Shown: positions 40,121 to 50,026 of the stretch, piece by piece
Position numbering within the stretch: the first letter of the stretch is position 1
Layout: each line of letters opens with the position of its first letter
DNA from: Candidatus Hodarchaeota archaeon
GTDB taxonomy: Archaea > Asgardarchaeota > Lokiarchaeia > Sigyniarchaeales > SOKP01
Length of the DNA: 64,000 bases
Assembly: GCA_048886685.1 (NCBI GenBank)
Contig: JBHLKM010000007.1
Span: 32,001-96,000, forward strand
Reading direction: 5' to 3'
The notes under the pieces: model-generated
What the model was told of the DNA's origin: nothing
The model's input: only the letters and a program-made list of their open reading frames with translations
Database searches by the model: none
Program-made: the position numbers and the translations under genes

Positions 40121-41221
40121 ATGAAGGAAAACAAAGAATCCAAAAAATTATATATCTTTTACTTTGACCAAGTAGAAGGTCCAAAGTTATTTTTCAGTAA
40201 GCATGAATTTAATCCATTTGATAGTGTAATATTAGATATGCTATTGGGCTATGGTGGTGGAGAAAAACCATTTCCTATAGCATTTGAAGACTTTCAAACA
40301 TTAAACTATAAGTTTTATATTCCCTCAAAATTAGCAAGAAGTGGATTCGAAGAATTCATGATTACTTTGCTAGTAAATGAGCCATCTATAGAGAATTTCA
40401 AATCATTAAAACTCAAATCTCAAATTCTAAAAGAATTCGCTCATGAATTAAAAAATCTTAAAGAATTCCCCAAAATTCTATTTGAGAAGCGTAAATCAAG
40501 AAAAGAATTCTGGGAGATGGGTTATAATAAGTTTAGAAATACTCTCTTAGAGATATATGATAAATATTTTAATATTTTAGCATTACCTTTTACTGGAAAA
40601 CCGAGAAATGAGACAATTTTTAAGTTGAAAATGAATATCAAGCCAGAGATCTTAATCTATATTGTTCATGCTCACTTATTTAGGAAGAAAATATTTATTC
40701 CAATTAATAAGGAATATTATCATTCGATTCATGAAATAAATAATTTTATTGATTATATTTTTCAGAAATCTTTCACAGGAGATATTTTAATTAAATCTAA
40801 AACCCAATACAAGAGAAATAGGCAATTGTATGAAGAATACATCATAATGTATGAAAAAGATTTAGTTAATGAAACTAGGAAACTGATAAATTCTAATCTA
40901 CTAAAATATGAAACAGAATTAATAAGAACTTTCTATAATAATAAGGATAATGATTTATGTGTTCTTGATTTAAAAGAGAAGCTTGAGGGAATTTACATCT
41001 TAACAAGACATTTATTTAATTTTTATGAAAGGATTGATATCAAAAAACCGTTATCTCCAAGAACCCTAATAAAACATTTAGAGGAATCTCTTCTAGTTAA
41101 AAAAATCCAAAAGCAATATCTCTATTTTTTAACTGATGTTATTAGGGCTTATTTTGGTTTAAATATTATTTGGAAATGGGATGAACTCGGTGAAAAAATT
41201 GATGATTTATGGAAAGGCTAA
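40121..41221 (+). CDS. Hypothetical protein with an N-terminal longin/uDENN-like motif
   Basis: LYIFYFDQVEGPKL start and ARSGFE motif; co-oriented upstream of a small GTPase. Confidence 0.55.
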   Translation: MKENKESKKLYIFYFDQVEGPKLFFSKHEFNPFDSVILDMLLGYGGGEKPFPIAFEDFQTLNYKFYIPSKLARSGFEEFMITLLVNEPSIENFKSLKLKSQILKEFAHELKNLKEFPKILFEKRKSRKEFWEMGYNKFRNTLLEIYDKYFNILALPFTGKPRNETIFKLKMNIKPEILIYIVHAHLFRKKIFIPINKEYYHSIHEINNFIDYIFQKSFTGDILIKSKTQYKRNRQLYEEYIIMYEKDLVNETRKLINSNLLKYETELIRTFYNNKDNDLCVLDLKEKLEGIYILTRHLFNFYERIDIKKPLSPRTLIKHLEESLLVKKIQKQYLYFLTDVIRAYFGLNIIWKWDELGEKIDDLWKG

Positions 41222-41289
41222 ATTCAATAAATATTAGAAAAAAATCCCAAAAGATTGGTTTTTAAAAATATAATTTTAGACTAAAAAAT

Positions 41290-41889
41290 ATGATTATAGA
41301 TCATGTCGATAAAATATTGAGTATAAAAATTGTATATTTTGGACCTGCTCTTTCGGGTAAGACAACTTCCATTAAGGCATTATTTTCTCTTTTTGGTATG
41401 GATGAAAAAATATGTAGCATTGAAAGTACGGTCGAAAGGACATTATTTTTTGATTATGGTGTGGTTACCTTTCAAAATCAGGATTGGCAACTTAAAATTC
41501 ATATTTATACGACAACAGGTCAAGATTTCTATCTGATAACTAGATTAACGACATTACGTGCAGTAGATGGAATTATCTTTGTAATAGATTCACAAAAAGA
41601 AGTTTATGAAAGGAATTTAATATCTTGGAAAGAACTTTTTTCATATTTTACTGAATCTATAGAAGCTATTCCAATCCTCATAGCATTCAATAAACAAGAT
41701 TTAGGTTTAGAATTAAAATTTAATGCTGACGACTTTTTGAAAGAAATAGACTATTACAAGTATAAAAATATCGATTCGAGATATACTAGTGCGATTAACG
41801 GAGAAGGTGTATTAGAGTGTTTCGAAGATATTTTGCGATTAGTATTGAAGAAGTATTTTAGAAAAAAATTGATTTCTGTTATAATTTAA
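41290..41889 (+). CDS. MglA-like small GTPase
   Basis: KIVYFGPALSGKTT, ERTLFFDY, TTGQ, NKQD, SAING. Confidence 0.9.
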   Translation: MIIDHVDKILSIKIVYFGPALSGKTTSIKALFSLFGMDEKICSIESTVERTLFFDYGVVTFQNQDWQLKIHIYTTTGQDFYLITRLTTLRAVDGIIFVIDSQKEVYERNLISWKELFSYFTESIEAIPILIAFNKQDLGLELKFNADDFLKEIDYYKYKNIDSRYTSAINGEGVLECFEDILRLVLKKYFRKKLISVII

Positions 41890-41890
41890 G

Positions 41891-42667
41891 TTATTTTTTA
41901 CTATTTAATAGTTCTTTGATATCACTCGTAAGCTTTTCTGCTAATTTCTCGATATAAACCTTACCTTTCTCAATGTTCGCTTTAGTTGGATCGCCTACAA
42001 CACCTATTTCAGATAAGGCAGAAATTCCTTTTTCATATAACAATTTTTCTGTTTTTGGACCAAGTATACCCAAATATCCTGGTTTAAAACGTTCTTTTCT
42101 TACCTGATTTTCTGTTATGGCTAATACTTGAGAAGTCTCAACTTCACCTGCATGTGCACCAGCTTCTTCATTAGTTATCCCAAATTCATTCGCAATCTGC
42201 CATTCATACACAATAAATTTTAATATATTAGTATATCCAACAATGTTGATGTCTTGGTAGTCAGATTGTATTTCTTCTACAGCTTCTTTTATTGCAGCAG
42301 TGTTTCCACCGTGAGAAGGAATAAAGATGATTTTTTGAAAACCATGTTTTGAGAGGCTTCTAATATAATCAAAAATTATTGCCTTTAATGTATCCTTCTC
42401 CAAAGAAATTGTTCCAGGAAAAGATAAATGATGATCTGAACAACCTACTCTAATGGTTTGAGCTTGTAATGCATTTCCTAGCTTTAATGCTATTTTATTA
42501 GCTAAAATATCACCAATAATCGTATCTGTGTGGGTAGGAAGATGTGGGCCATGTTGTTCTGTAGATCCAACCCCAATAACAACCGTAGTAAATCCACTCT
42601 TAATTGCGTCTTTAATATCTACCCAATTCATCTCTTCCATACGGATAGTCTCCATAAAAACTTTCAC
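41891..42667 (-). CDS. Creatininase family amidohydrolase
   Basis: GSTEQHGPHLP, GCSDHH...FPGT, SHGGN, HAGEVETS, GVVGDP; likely start ATG 42655. Confidence 0.92.
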   Translation of the reverse strand: MKVFMETIRMEEMNWVDIKDAIKSGFTTVVIGVGSTEQHGPHLPTHTDTIIGDILANKIALKLGNALQAQTIRVGCSDHHLSFPGTISLEKDTLKAIIFDYIRSLSKHGFQKIIFIPSHGGNTAAIKEAVEEIQSDYQDINIVGYTNILKFIVYEWQIANEFGITNEEAGAHAGEVETSQVLAITENQVRKERFKPGYLGILGPKTEKLLYEKGISALSEIGVVGDPTKANIEKGKVYIEKLAEKLTSDIKELLNSKK

Positions 42668-42737
42668 CTATTATTCTTCTATTAATTAATTTGATGTGAT
42701 TAAAAAGATAAAAAAAATTAAAAAAATATTTATTAGC

Positions 42738-44642
42738 TTAGTTAAGCAACCAATCTAATTTCAATCTCTTTAGAGTTTCTTCAGTTGGGTTTCCTGTTTT
42801 TTTGTCCCAACCCGCCATATCATAATACATTTCTTGAGCTTTGAAAAATTCTTCTTTATTGATGCCAACGCCTTTACCAGGCCCTTCAGGAACGGGTTTG
42901 AAGACTCGATCTGGTAATTTATCATCTTCTTTAGTAAATCCTTCTCGTGCATTAAAGTGTCTCATCATATTGAGGCAACGCTCCCCGATTTCGAGAAGTT
43001 CTTTCATGTTAGTTTCCCATCCTAATCCGTATTTGCACAAATCAATAAGATGATTAGGCCCATAAAGTTGCCAAGCGAAGCCCCAGGCAAATGTACAAAG
43101 AGACAGGGAATTTTGCATAGAATAGTAACATTGACCGTCATATATGTAGCGAATTTTATTCTCATCTAAAATAGTTGAAACTTCATAATGATCGTAATTT
43201 CCAACCATATCTGTACGACTCTTAAATGGATTTCCTGGAATTGCAATCAATGTGTCATGTTCAGTCGTTTGATGATCTGCTCCATAAGGATTTGCCGCAT
43301 ACACAACAGCTAGCCCTGGTTTCTGTTGAGGCATATGAGCGGGAAATTCTTGTCCTTTTACACCCATAAAGAGGGATTTTGCCTCTTCACCTAATTGATC
43401 AGCATATCGTTTACTACCTTCTGCCAAAAGATTTCCTATACCCTCTCTTTTCGCAATTTTTTTAACTAAAATTGGGAGAACTTCATGATTTCCAAATTTT
43501 AGTTCTAAACCATCAGTATTTTCTTGAGTGAGAATTCCTTTTTCATAACATTCCATTGCAAAAGCAATAGTTGCTCCCGCCGAGATTGTATCTAGACCAT
43601 GCATATTACAAAGTTGATTGCATATGCAAATAGTTTCTAAATCAAGTACTCCACAATAAGAACCGAATGTGGCAAGTGTTTCATATTCAGGACCACCATA
43701 TTGAGGATTAACTTTACCAGGAATATCAATTATTCTCTTGCATGTTACTGCGCAAGCATAACAAGTTTCTCTGCCTTTTAGGATTCCTGTTTCTTCCATT
43801 GCTCTTCCATCAATTTTAGGAGCATTTTTCAATGTTCCCTCTGAAAAATTTCTAGTTGGAAGAAAGCCACTCCTATTCATGGGAATTATAGTTCCACTCG
43901 TACCATATTTCCCAAAACCATCAGCAAATCCGGGAATTCTAGCTTTCATCTCAGGAGAATTGATTAATGATGTATTTAAGCCTTCTTTATCATAGGGTCT
44001 TATTGTTGCCTGTCTTTGAACCACTACAGCTTTTAAATTTTTTGAACCCATTACTGCTCCTGTACCATTTCTACCATTTGCTCTTGTCTTCATATTTATA
44101 ACACAGGCATACTTAACTAAGTTTTCACCAGCAGGACCTATTTGAGCTACTTCAATTTTATCACTACCAATTTCCTTTTTTATAACTTCCTCAGATTCAC
44201 CTGTTACTTTTCCCCAAATGTTCTTTGCATTCTTGATTTCAACTTTTTCTCCATCAATGTAAAGATATGAGGGCCCTTCTGATTTTCCACGAATAACTAT
44301 CGCATCATAGCCATTAGATTTTAAATAAGCAGGAAAATTTCCCCCTGCTTGAGTATCTCCACAACCGCCTGTAAGTGGACTCTTGGTTGTAATCGTCAGC
44401 CTACTAGTGCCACTAATTGGGAGACCGGTTAGGGGGGATACAGAAAATATAAGTAAATTATCAGGAGATAGGGGGTCTATTTTCGGTTTTTGTTCTTGCA
44501 ACATTAAATATACTCCTAAAGCAGATCCTCCAGGATATAATTTATAAAGATCTCCTGAAAGAGTTCTTTTAGATATTTTTTTACTTGTCAGATCTACATC
44601 TAATATAATAGCATCTGGAAATGATTTTTGTATTGTTGTCAT
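42738..44642 (-). CDS. aor: Tungsten aldehyde:ferredoxin oxidoreductase family
   Basis: KSPLTGG, IGPAGEN, GAVMGSKNLKA, CYACAVTC, GPEYET, GLDTIS. Confidence 0.93.
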   Translation of the reverse strand: MTTIQKSFPDAIILDVDLTSKKISKRTLSGDLYKLYPGGSALGVYLMLQEQKPKIDPLSPDNLLIFSVSPLTGLPISGTSRLTITTKSPLTGGCGDTQAGGNFPAYLKSNGYDAIVIRGKSEGPSYLYIDGEKVEIKNAKNIWGKVTGESEEVIKKEIGSDKIEVAQIGPAGENLVKYACVINMKTRANGRNGTGAVMGSKNLKAVVVQRQATIRPYDKEGLNTSLINSPEMKARIPGFADGFGKYGTSGTIIPMNRSGFLPTRNFSEGTLKNAPKIDGRAMEETGILKGRETCYACAVTCKRIIDIPGKVNPQYGGPEYETLATFGSYCGVLDLETICICNQLCNMHGLDTISAGATIAFAMECYEKGILTQENTDGLELKFGNHEVLPILVKKIAKREGIGNLLAEGSKRYADQLGEEAKSLFMGVKGQEFPAHMPQQKPGLAVVYAANPYGADHQTTEHDTLIAIPGNPFKSRTDMVGNYDHYEVSTILDENKIRYIYDGQCYYSMQNSLSLCTFAWGFAWQLYGPNHLIDLCKYGLGWETNMKELLEIGERCLNMMRHFNAREGFTKEDDKLPDRVFKPVPEGPGKGVGINKEEFFKAQEMYYDMAGWDKKTGNPTEETLKRLKLDWLLN

Positions 44643-44794
44643 TTTTAATAACCACTTTTATAAAATTCAGATTATAAAGCTAATAATATTTTATATAAAT
44701 TTATTAATTTCTGGTTTAATTTCAATTTTGAAATATAATTAGTGACAACAAAGTAAGTTCTACATGTACTTGATGTGAAAGCTAGAAGTGGAAA

Positions 44795-45685
44795 CTAAAG
44801 ATTATACTTATTAATTTTGGTTTTACCTTTTTTATGGAGTTTTTTCTTATATTTTTCTAGATATTTTTTATTTAGAATATAATTTCTGTTAGCTAATAGT
44901 CGTAGTAAGGCATCAACAATAATTTTCTTACCATATTCATCTTCAAACATATTCAAGGTTAATTTAAGAAACTTTTTTGTATTTTTTAACTTTTGAAACG
45001 CTCTATCGCGAAATACATTATGTCGCACAGCAAATCCTCTTAATAATTCTACAAGAATATTTTTTGCATTTTGATCATAAAACCTAGCGATTTTATAATT
45101 GCCATAGGTTGTACACAGCAAATTCCAATTTGGGACATAAGCAAAATTTACATTTCGAATAAAAAAGGAGTTAAATCTTATTCTAAATAAGTTAGGCGAG
45201 AATCTATCAGAAAAAGAGAAATATAAAGCATAAGGTTGCGTAGTTTTGAATTTTTCTTCTTGGTATTTGATATTTACATAGTAAACCCTTCCTCTGTAAA
45301 GCTGATGTAACCGCATTTCAGCAGGAGAGATTTTTAGATTTTTAAGATGGTGAGGACTTTTCGGTGACCCAACACATTTCCCATGCCCATAAAAGACCCA
45401 TAACACGTATATTCCTCTATTATTATAATCCTTTGTTCTGGCGGTAAGCTCCCTTGAAGTTATTGGAGAATTCTGGATCTCTACTACTATTTCTTGCCCT
45501 GTGTTATATTTAAAATATATATCGGCTTGTCGAGTTCCAAAATATTTTTCTAACGAGGTTTCAATTATATTGGAATTACTTTCTAAAATTTTATTGTAAA
45601 ATAGATATTTTATTGCTTTATGGGCAAATGATTCTGATTTGGATTCTACTTTTGGTATGATATAATTAATAAATTTAGATTTCAT
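44795..45685 (-). CDS. CoiA-like PD-(D/E)xK nuclease
   Basis: ESFAHKAIK, EK...RQADI, VVEIQNS, RT..Y...GIYVLWVF. Confidence 0.75.
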   Translation of the reverse strand: MKSKFINYIIPKVESKSESFAHKAIKYLFYNKILESNSNIIETSLEKYFGTRQADIYFKYNTGQEIVVEIQNSPITSRELTARTKDYNNRGIYVLWVFYGHGKCVGSPKSPHHLKNLKISPAEMRLHQLYRGRVYYVNIKYQEEKFKTTQPYALYFSFSDRFSPNLFRIRFNSFFIRNVNFAYVPNWNLLCTTYGNYKIARFYDQNAKNILVELLRGFAVRHNVFRDRAFQKLKNTKKFLKLTLNMFEDEYGKKIIVDALLRLLANRNYILNKKYLEKYKKKLHKKGKTKINKYNL

Positions 45686-45889
45686 AATTTAGAATGTGTT
45701 AATTGATGAGATTTTTATAATCCCTTTTCTAATACAACTGAATTTAACGAGCATAAAGCAAATCAACGATATAAAGAAAGAGACAATGAAAAATTTGTAA
45801 ATTACTAATAAAAATTTAATCATAAAATCAGTTTTCTCTTTTTCTTTAAATATTTCGGAAAAATTATTATCATAAATTTAATATCAATA

Positions 45890-46600
45890 GTGAAAAATAT
45901 GGTAGATGTCCATAGTCAAAGTTTTTTTGGTCAAAGCACCGGAATGTTCATACAGAGTTCTTCGAAGAGTGAATCTTTTATATTCATGAAATTTATAAAA
46001 AAGAAAAATAATGGTACATGGGAAAAATTATCCAATGGAGAAGGAAAAACAATTAAATGTGGTTTGGAAGAAATAGTAATGATTCTTGAAGTCCTAAAGA
46101 AGAAGAGTAATTCATGGTCCACTGTACATAGTTTTAAAGACGAGAAAACTCAGATATCTCTTAACTGGGAGGGAGATAATAAACTATGGTTTAATGTGGG
46201 GGATTATCCCAAAATGTTAATTTTTACTCAAATAGAGATTTTGAGATTGTTATTAACTCATATCTTAGAGGAAAAAATTGAATTTTCAACCGTTCCAGAC
46301 ATAAGTAAATCGTTTGTAACTAATAATCCAAAAAAAGACAATAGTATCGTGGAACAAAATAATAAGAAAGATGATGGGTTAACTGTTCACGAGGAGATGA
46401 ATTTAGGAGCGAAAATAAGACAACTAAAGGGAAAAATTTTAGGTGAAACCGAAAAGGCTTTACGGGTGGCAATAAATAATGGAAGTGATATATGGATTCC
46501 TAAATCCACAATAAAATCTCAATATAATCCTGAAATAAACATAAAACAAACTTTCTTAATTGATTCGTGGTTTTTAGAAAAAAACAATCTTCAACTATAA
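45890..46600 (+). CDS. Hypothetical protein with a Whirly/PC4-like N-terminal domain and an ETEKA...WIPKS C-terminal domain
   Basis: Beta-beta-helix pattern FMKFIK...WEK...KTIKCGLEEIVMIL...WSTVHSF; low-complexity linker; C-terminal GETEKAL...WIPKSTI...WFLEK. Confidence 0.55.
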   Translation: MKNMVDVHSQSFFGQSTGMFIQSSSKSESFIFMKFIKKKNNGTWEKLSNGEGKTIKCGLEEIVMILEVLKKKSNSWSTVHSFKDEKTQISLNWEGDNKLWFNVGDYPKMLIFTQIEILRLLLTHILEEKIEFSTVPDISKSFVTNNPKKDNSIVEQNNKKDDGLTVHEEMNLGAKIRQLKGKILGETEKALRVAINNGSDIWIPKSTIKSQYNPEINIKQTFLIDSWFLEKNNLQL

Positions 46601-46605
46601 ATTTT

Positions 46606-46809
46606 TTAATCATCATGCTTAGAAACAAAATCCACAAATTCATAAAGCATGAGAGCTTGAAATATGGGATGTCTCTCTTTGAAAGGTATCTTTTCTACTC
46701 CAATATAAATATATTCTTCATTCTTTTGGCTGGAAATCTCAGAAAACGGTATGATTAAATCAGTTATACCTTGAGTTCTTCTATCGTTCGTTTCTAAAAC
46801 CGTTGATAT
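46606..46809 (-). CDS. Possible small protein (67 codons) without a canonical start
   Basis: Open frame ISTVLETNDRR...KHDD* directly after AAGGTGA (46816-46810), with a TATA-like TATAAATA near 46842-46835. Confidence 0.35.
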   Translation of the reverse strand: MSTVLETNDRRTQGITDLIIPFSEISSQKNEEYIYIGVEKIPFKERHPIFQALMLYEFVDFVSKHDD

Positions 46810-46952
46810 TCACCTTTTTAAAGAGTTTATTCTTATTTATAGTATTTAGTTTAGTCACAAATATTTAGTTTTACTTCGTATACTTCAAGCGAACTTCGAA
46901 TCAACGTAAAAGTTTCATCCTAAACGCTTAAGGATTGCTTTAAACAGTTAAT

Positions 46953-47201
46953 TTACTCATATACCGAAAATAATCGGTACCTACCAACAAAAATAGAAGG
47001 ATAGTTCAAATCTATAAAAGGAAGAAAGTGCCCCGTGCCAACCGACGCAATTTAGCGCCTAAAAATCAATAGGGTAAGATTATAGAGTGTAATGAATTAC
47101 ACTACCAAAAGACAAAAATCCAGGGTGTAAGCATGGGGCATAGTTTAATTTCATTGTATATAGTATAAGACAAAAAATTCCTGTCTTCTAGTAATGAGTA
47201 A
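46953..47201 (+). ncRNA. Candidate structured non-coding RNA (core 47028-47141)
   Basis: 11-bp helix GTGCCCCGTGC/GCATGGGGCAT (two G-U pairs on +), internal hairpins, outer stem TTACTCAT/ATGAGTAA; no ORF. Confidence 0.5.
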
Positions 47202-47530
47202 GATATTTGATAATTTAAATTTCACATTTTTTCTTTATAAACAATCAGTTTAATAATGGTTGAAAATGAGATTGAGATCGAAAGAAAGAAAATCACACTA
47301 GATCATATTATGAAGAAGCATAAAAAACAGTAGCGTCAGATAATATTGAGCAAGCAATTGATTTAACCGAAAAATTAAAGTAATAAAGTCTAAAAAGTTT
47401 CTAGACACCTTATATTTTTTTACTGAAAATAATTGTCATGAGAATTAGTTGATTTTAAAAAAATAGATTATGATTAAAATTTAGAAATTTATAAGATTTA
47501 AAAACAGTAAAAAAAGATGAGAGGAGTAAA

Positions 47531-48352
47531 ATGCAAACAAGGCAGAATTATCTCTTAACTTTAGTTTTAGGTATTATTATTGGTTTCATTTCGATTATAA
47601 TATTATATTTAATTAATTTAAATATTGTTAAAGAAACAATGGCTACTGTTGAGGGAGCTATCCCAGTTCTGACAGCATATATTATTAGAATCTCTATTCT
47701 GATGGGTATGTCTATTTATTTATTTATTAGATGGTTTATGCAAGAAAAAATGTATACTTCGGACCTTCCTTTCTTATTCGGGATGTTTTTTATCCTTTTG
47801 GTGTTCGGAAAATTATTAGATATGCTTTCAAATTTCATGTATCCTGTTGTAGCTCAGGACATTTTTTTGTTTTATCTTAAAATCCGTCAATTTGTAGTAA
47901 TCGCTACTTTGGCACCGATGGTATTCTTAAGTATCATGATGATTGTTATTTTTCTCCAAGCAAGTGGTAAGATTAAGAAATACAATGTCCCTCGAGAAAG
48001 AAACACTTTCTCACTAAAAATCTTGATAATAATAGCAATTATAGAAGCTATATTGATAATTATCACTCCCAATACAACTATTGCAGGGATAAATTTCGCT
48101 AATTTTGTGATATTTTCATTGTTAGTTATCACATGGATGTTTTATTTTTCTTATCGCAATAGAAGATTATCTCAAATACACCCATTAATTGTAGCCGTTG
48201 GATTTACAGTTTACTTGATATCTAATATACTAAGAGTTCTATTCCAGAATATAATCGGAGAAAATGCATTATTTATCGTTACAACTGAGGTTTTAGATAT
48301 AATTATATGTCTGGTTATTTTCATAGGCTATATCAAGAAAGCTAAATATTAA
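47531..48352 (+). CDS. Multi-pass (about 7-8 TM) membrane protein
   Basis: Alternating hydrophobic segments; GAGGAG RBS. Confidence 0.8.
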   Translation: MQTRQNYLLTLVLGIIIGFISIIILYLINLNIVKETMATVEGAIPVLTAYIIRISILMGMSIYLFIRWFMQEKMYTSDLPFLFGMFFILLVFGKLLDMLSNFMYPVVAQDIFLFYLKIRQFVVIATLAPMVFLSIMMIVIFLQASGKIKKYNVPRERNTFSLKILIIIAIIEAILIIITPNTTIAGINFANFVIFSLLVITWMFYFSYRNRRLSQIHPLIVAVGFTVYLISNILRVLFQNIIGENALFIVTTEVLDIIICLVIFIGYIKKAKY

Positions 48353-48486
48353 ATCTATTATTTGTATATTATACAAATTTAATTTTATCATACTATTTAT
48401 TAAAAAAAATAGAAAATCGAGGAATTTAAATAGGTAAAATCGAAAAGAAAAATATTTTTTGATCACTATTTTTACTCAATTCTAAA

Positions 48487-48515
48487 ATGAGAGAAGAATT
48501 TTTTTCTTCTCTTAT
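48487..48515. terminator. Hairpin between convergent genes
   Basis: ATGAGAGAAGAA-TTTTT-TTCTTCTCTTAT inverted repeat. Confidence 0.5.
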
Positions 48516-48552
48516 CATATTTATAGAAAGAAGGATAATTTCAAGTAAAAGT

Positions 48553-48999
48553 TTAATTTTGAGAAGTTACTTTAATAGGTTTTAAAACGATGCATATCCT
48601 TTCTACACTTTCAATATCCGTTCGAGAACGGAACATTTCTAATATTGCATCTAACTCATTAGTATCCGGAACATTTACTTTAATTAAAATACCACACCTA
48701 CCATCCAATTTATATACTTCCTCACATTGGGGTAGTATTACAGTTTCTCTCAATAACTCTTTAATTTCCGATTCATTTTTCGGTATAAGTGTAAGGAAAG
48801 CATAAATACATCTCTCATCTTCACGACAGATCTTAATAGTAAATTTTTCAATTACACCCCCCTCTTGTAATTTCATTACTCTTTTTCTAACTGTTGATTC
48901 AGATAATCCAACTTCATCCGCAATTTCATGATAAGGTCTTCTTGAATTTTCAAATAACATTTCGATTATTTTTTTATCTTTCTCATCAAGATTTCTCAT
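48553..48999 (-). CDS. Lrp/AsnC family regulator
   Basis: LDEKDKKII...SRRPYHEIADEVGLSESTVRKRVMKL...GVIEKF. Confidence 0.93.
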   Translation of the reverse strand: MRNLDEKDKKIIEMLFENSRRPYHEIADEVGLSESTVRKRVMKLQEGGVIEKFTIKICREDERCIYAFLTLIPKNESEIKELLRETVILPQCEEVYKLDGRCGILIKVNVPDTNELDAILEMFRSRTDIESVERICIVLKPIKVTSQN

Positions 49000-49072
49000 T
49001 TTTTTTCCTCATCTTCGGGTATTTAAAATATAAAAAAATATAAAATTTAATAAAAAAATTTCACCTAATTAT

Positions 49073-50026
49073 TTACTTCACATATTCTGGAAAATCTCCT
49101 AATAGGGGTGCGAAAAGTCTCTCATATTCAACAGCCATACAATGTATTCCAGCAGCTTTTGTAGTCTTTTTTATCTCATCGATAAATGGTTTAAAGAAAT
49201 CGATATTAATTTTATCTATAGCAGCATATTTTGCCGGTTTATTTCCTTTATTCTCTTTTTCCGCAGTTTTTAAAGCTTTAAGAAGATCCTTTGGAACTGA
49301 GACCCCTGGAATGAAATTATCGAAATACCAAGCAATTCCATGAGATTTAAGAGGAAAGACACCCAATAGCACAGGTACATTGAATTGTTCTAATTCCTTT
49401 AAGAATTCTTTTGCTTGATCAATATCAAAAGCAGTTTGAGTCTGGATGAAGTCAATTCCACGTTCCACCTTACGACCTACCTTAAGGATTTCTGGTTCCC
49501 GAGGGTTACTATTAGGATTTGCAACACATCCAAAGTTCATCTCGATTTTTCCACCTTCAATTTCATTACCTTCATAGTCGGTTCCATCATCTATCATCAT
49601 AGATAACATTTCAGCAAATTGAGTACTATCTATATCATATACCGCCCGACCTTTTTTATGATCTCCCAGTGCTGTATGATCACCTGTAAGTGTTAGTATA
49701 TTTTTTAAACCAAGAACTGCACCTGCGATAACATCCCCAAAGAGAGCAACACGATTTCTATCTCTTACAGTTACTTGCCATACTGCTTCAATATTTGCTC
49801 TTTCTTGAACTAAATAGCTTGGTACCATTGATGACATGTAAGCATCACCTTGTGGACCATCTGTCACATTAGCAGCAACAATCCTCCCTGTTTTTTTCAT
49901 TTCTTTAGCAGAATGGATTATCTCATCAAGATTTAAGATTTTTTTTGGCTCGAGTTCTCCTGTAAATACGAAATGACCTTCTTCAATTGCCTTCATTAAA
50001 TTGCTATATGCTGGTCTTTTTCCCAT
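49073..50026 (-). CDS. metF: Methylenetetrahydrofolate reductase (copy 2)
   Basis: ELEP, ANVTDG, QVTVRDRN, LTLTGD, FIQTQ. Confidence 0.9.
   Translation of the reverse strand: MGKRPAYSNLMKAIEEGHFVFTGELEPKKILNLDEIIHSAKEMKKTGRIVAANVTDGPQGDAYMSSMVPSYLVQERANIEAVWQVTVRDRNRVALFGDVIAGAVLGLKNILTLTGDHTALGDHKKGRAVYDIDSTQFAEMLSMMIDDGTDYEGNEIEGGKIEMNFGCVANPNSNPREPEILKVGRKVERGIDFIQTQTAFDIDQAKEFLKELEQFNVPVLLGVFPLKSHGIAWYFDNFIPGVSVPKDLLKALKTAEKENKGNKPAKYAAIDKINIDFFKPFIDEIKKTTKAAGIHCMAVEYERLFAPLLGDFPEYVK

Noticed and set aside
47019-47190. RNase P RNA, tRNA(Sec), 5S rRNA or cobalamin riboswitch
   Set aside because: GAAGAAAGTGC only loosely resembles GAGGAAAGUCC and the canonical P4/CR-V pairing is absent; there is no T-loop/anticodon cloverleaf, no 5S motifs and no B12 box.
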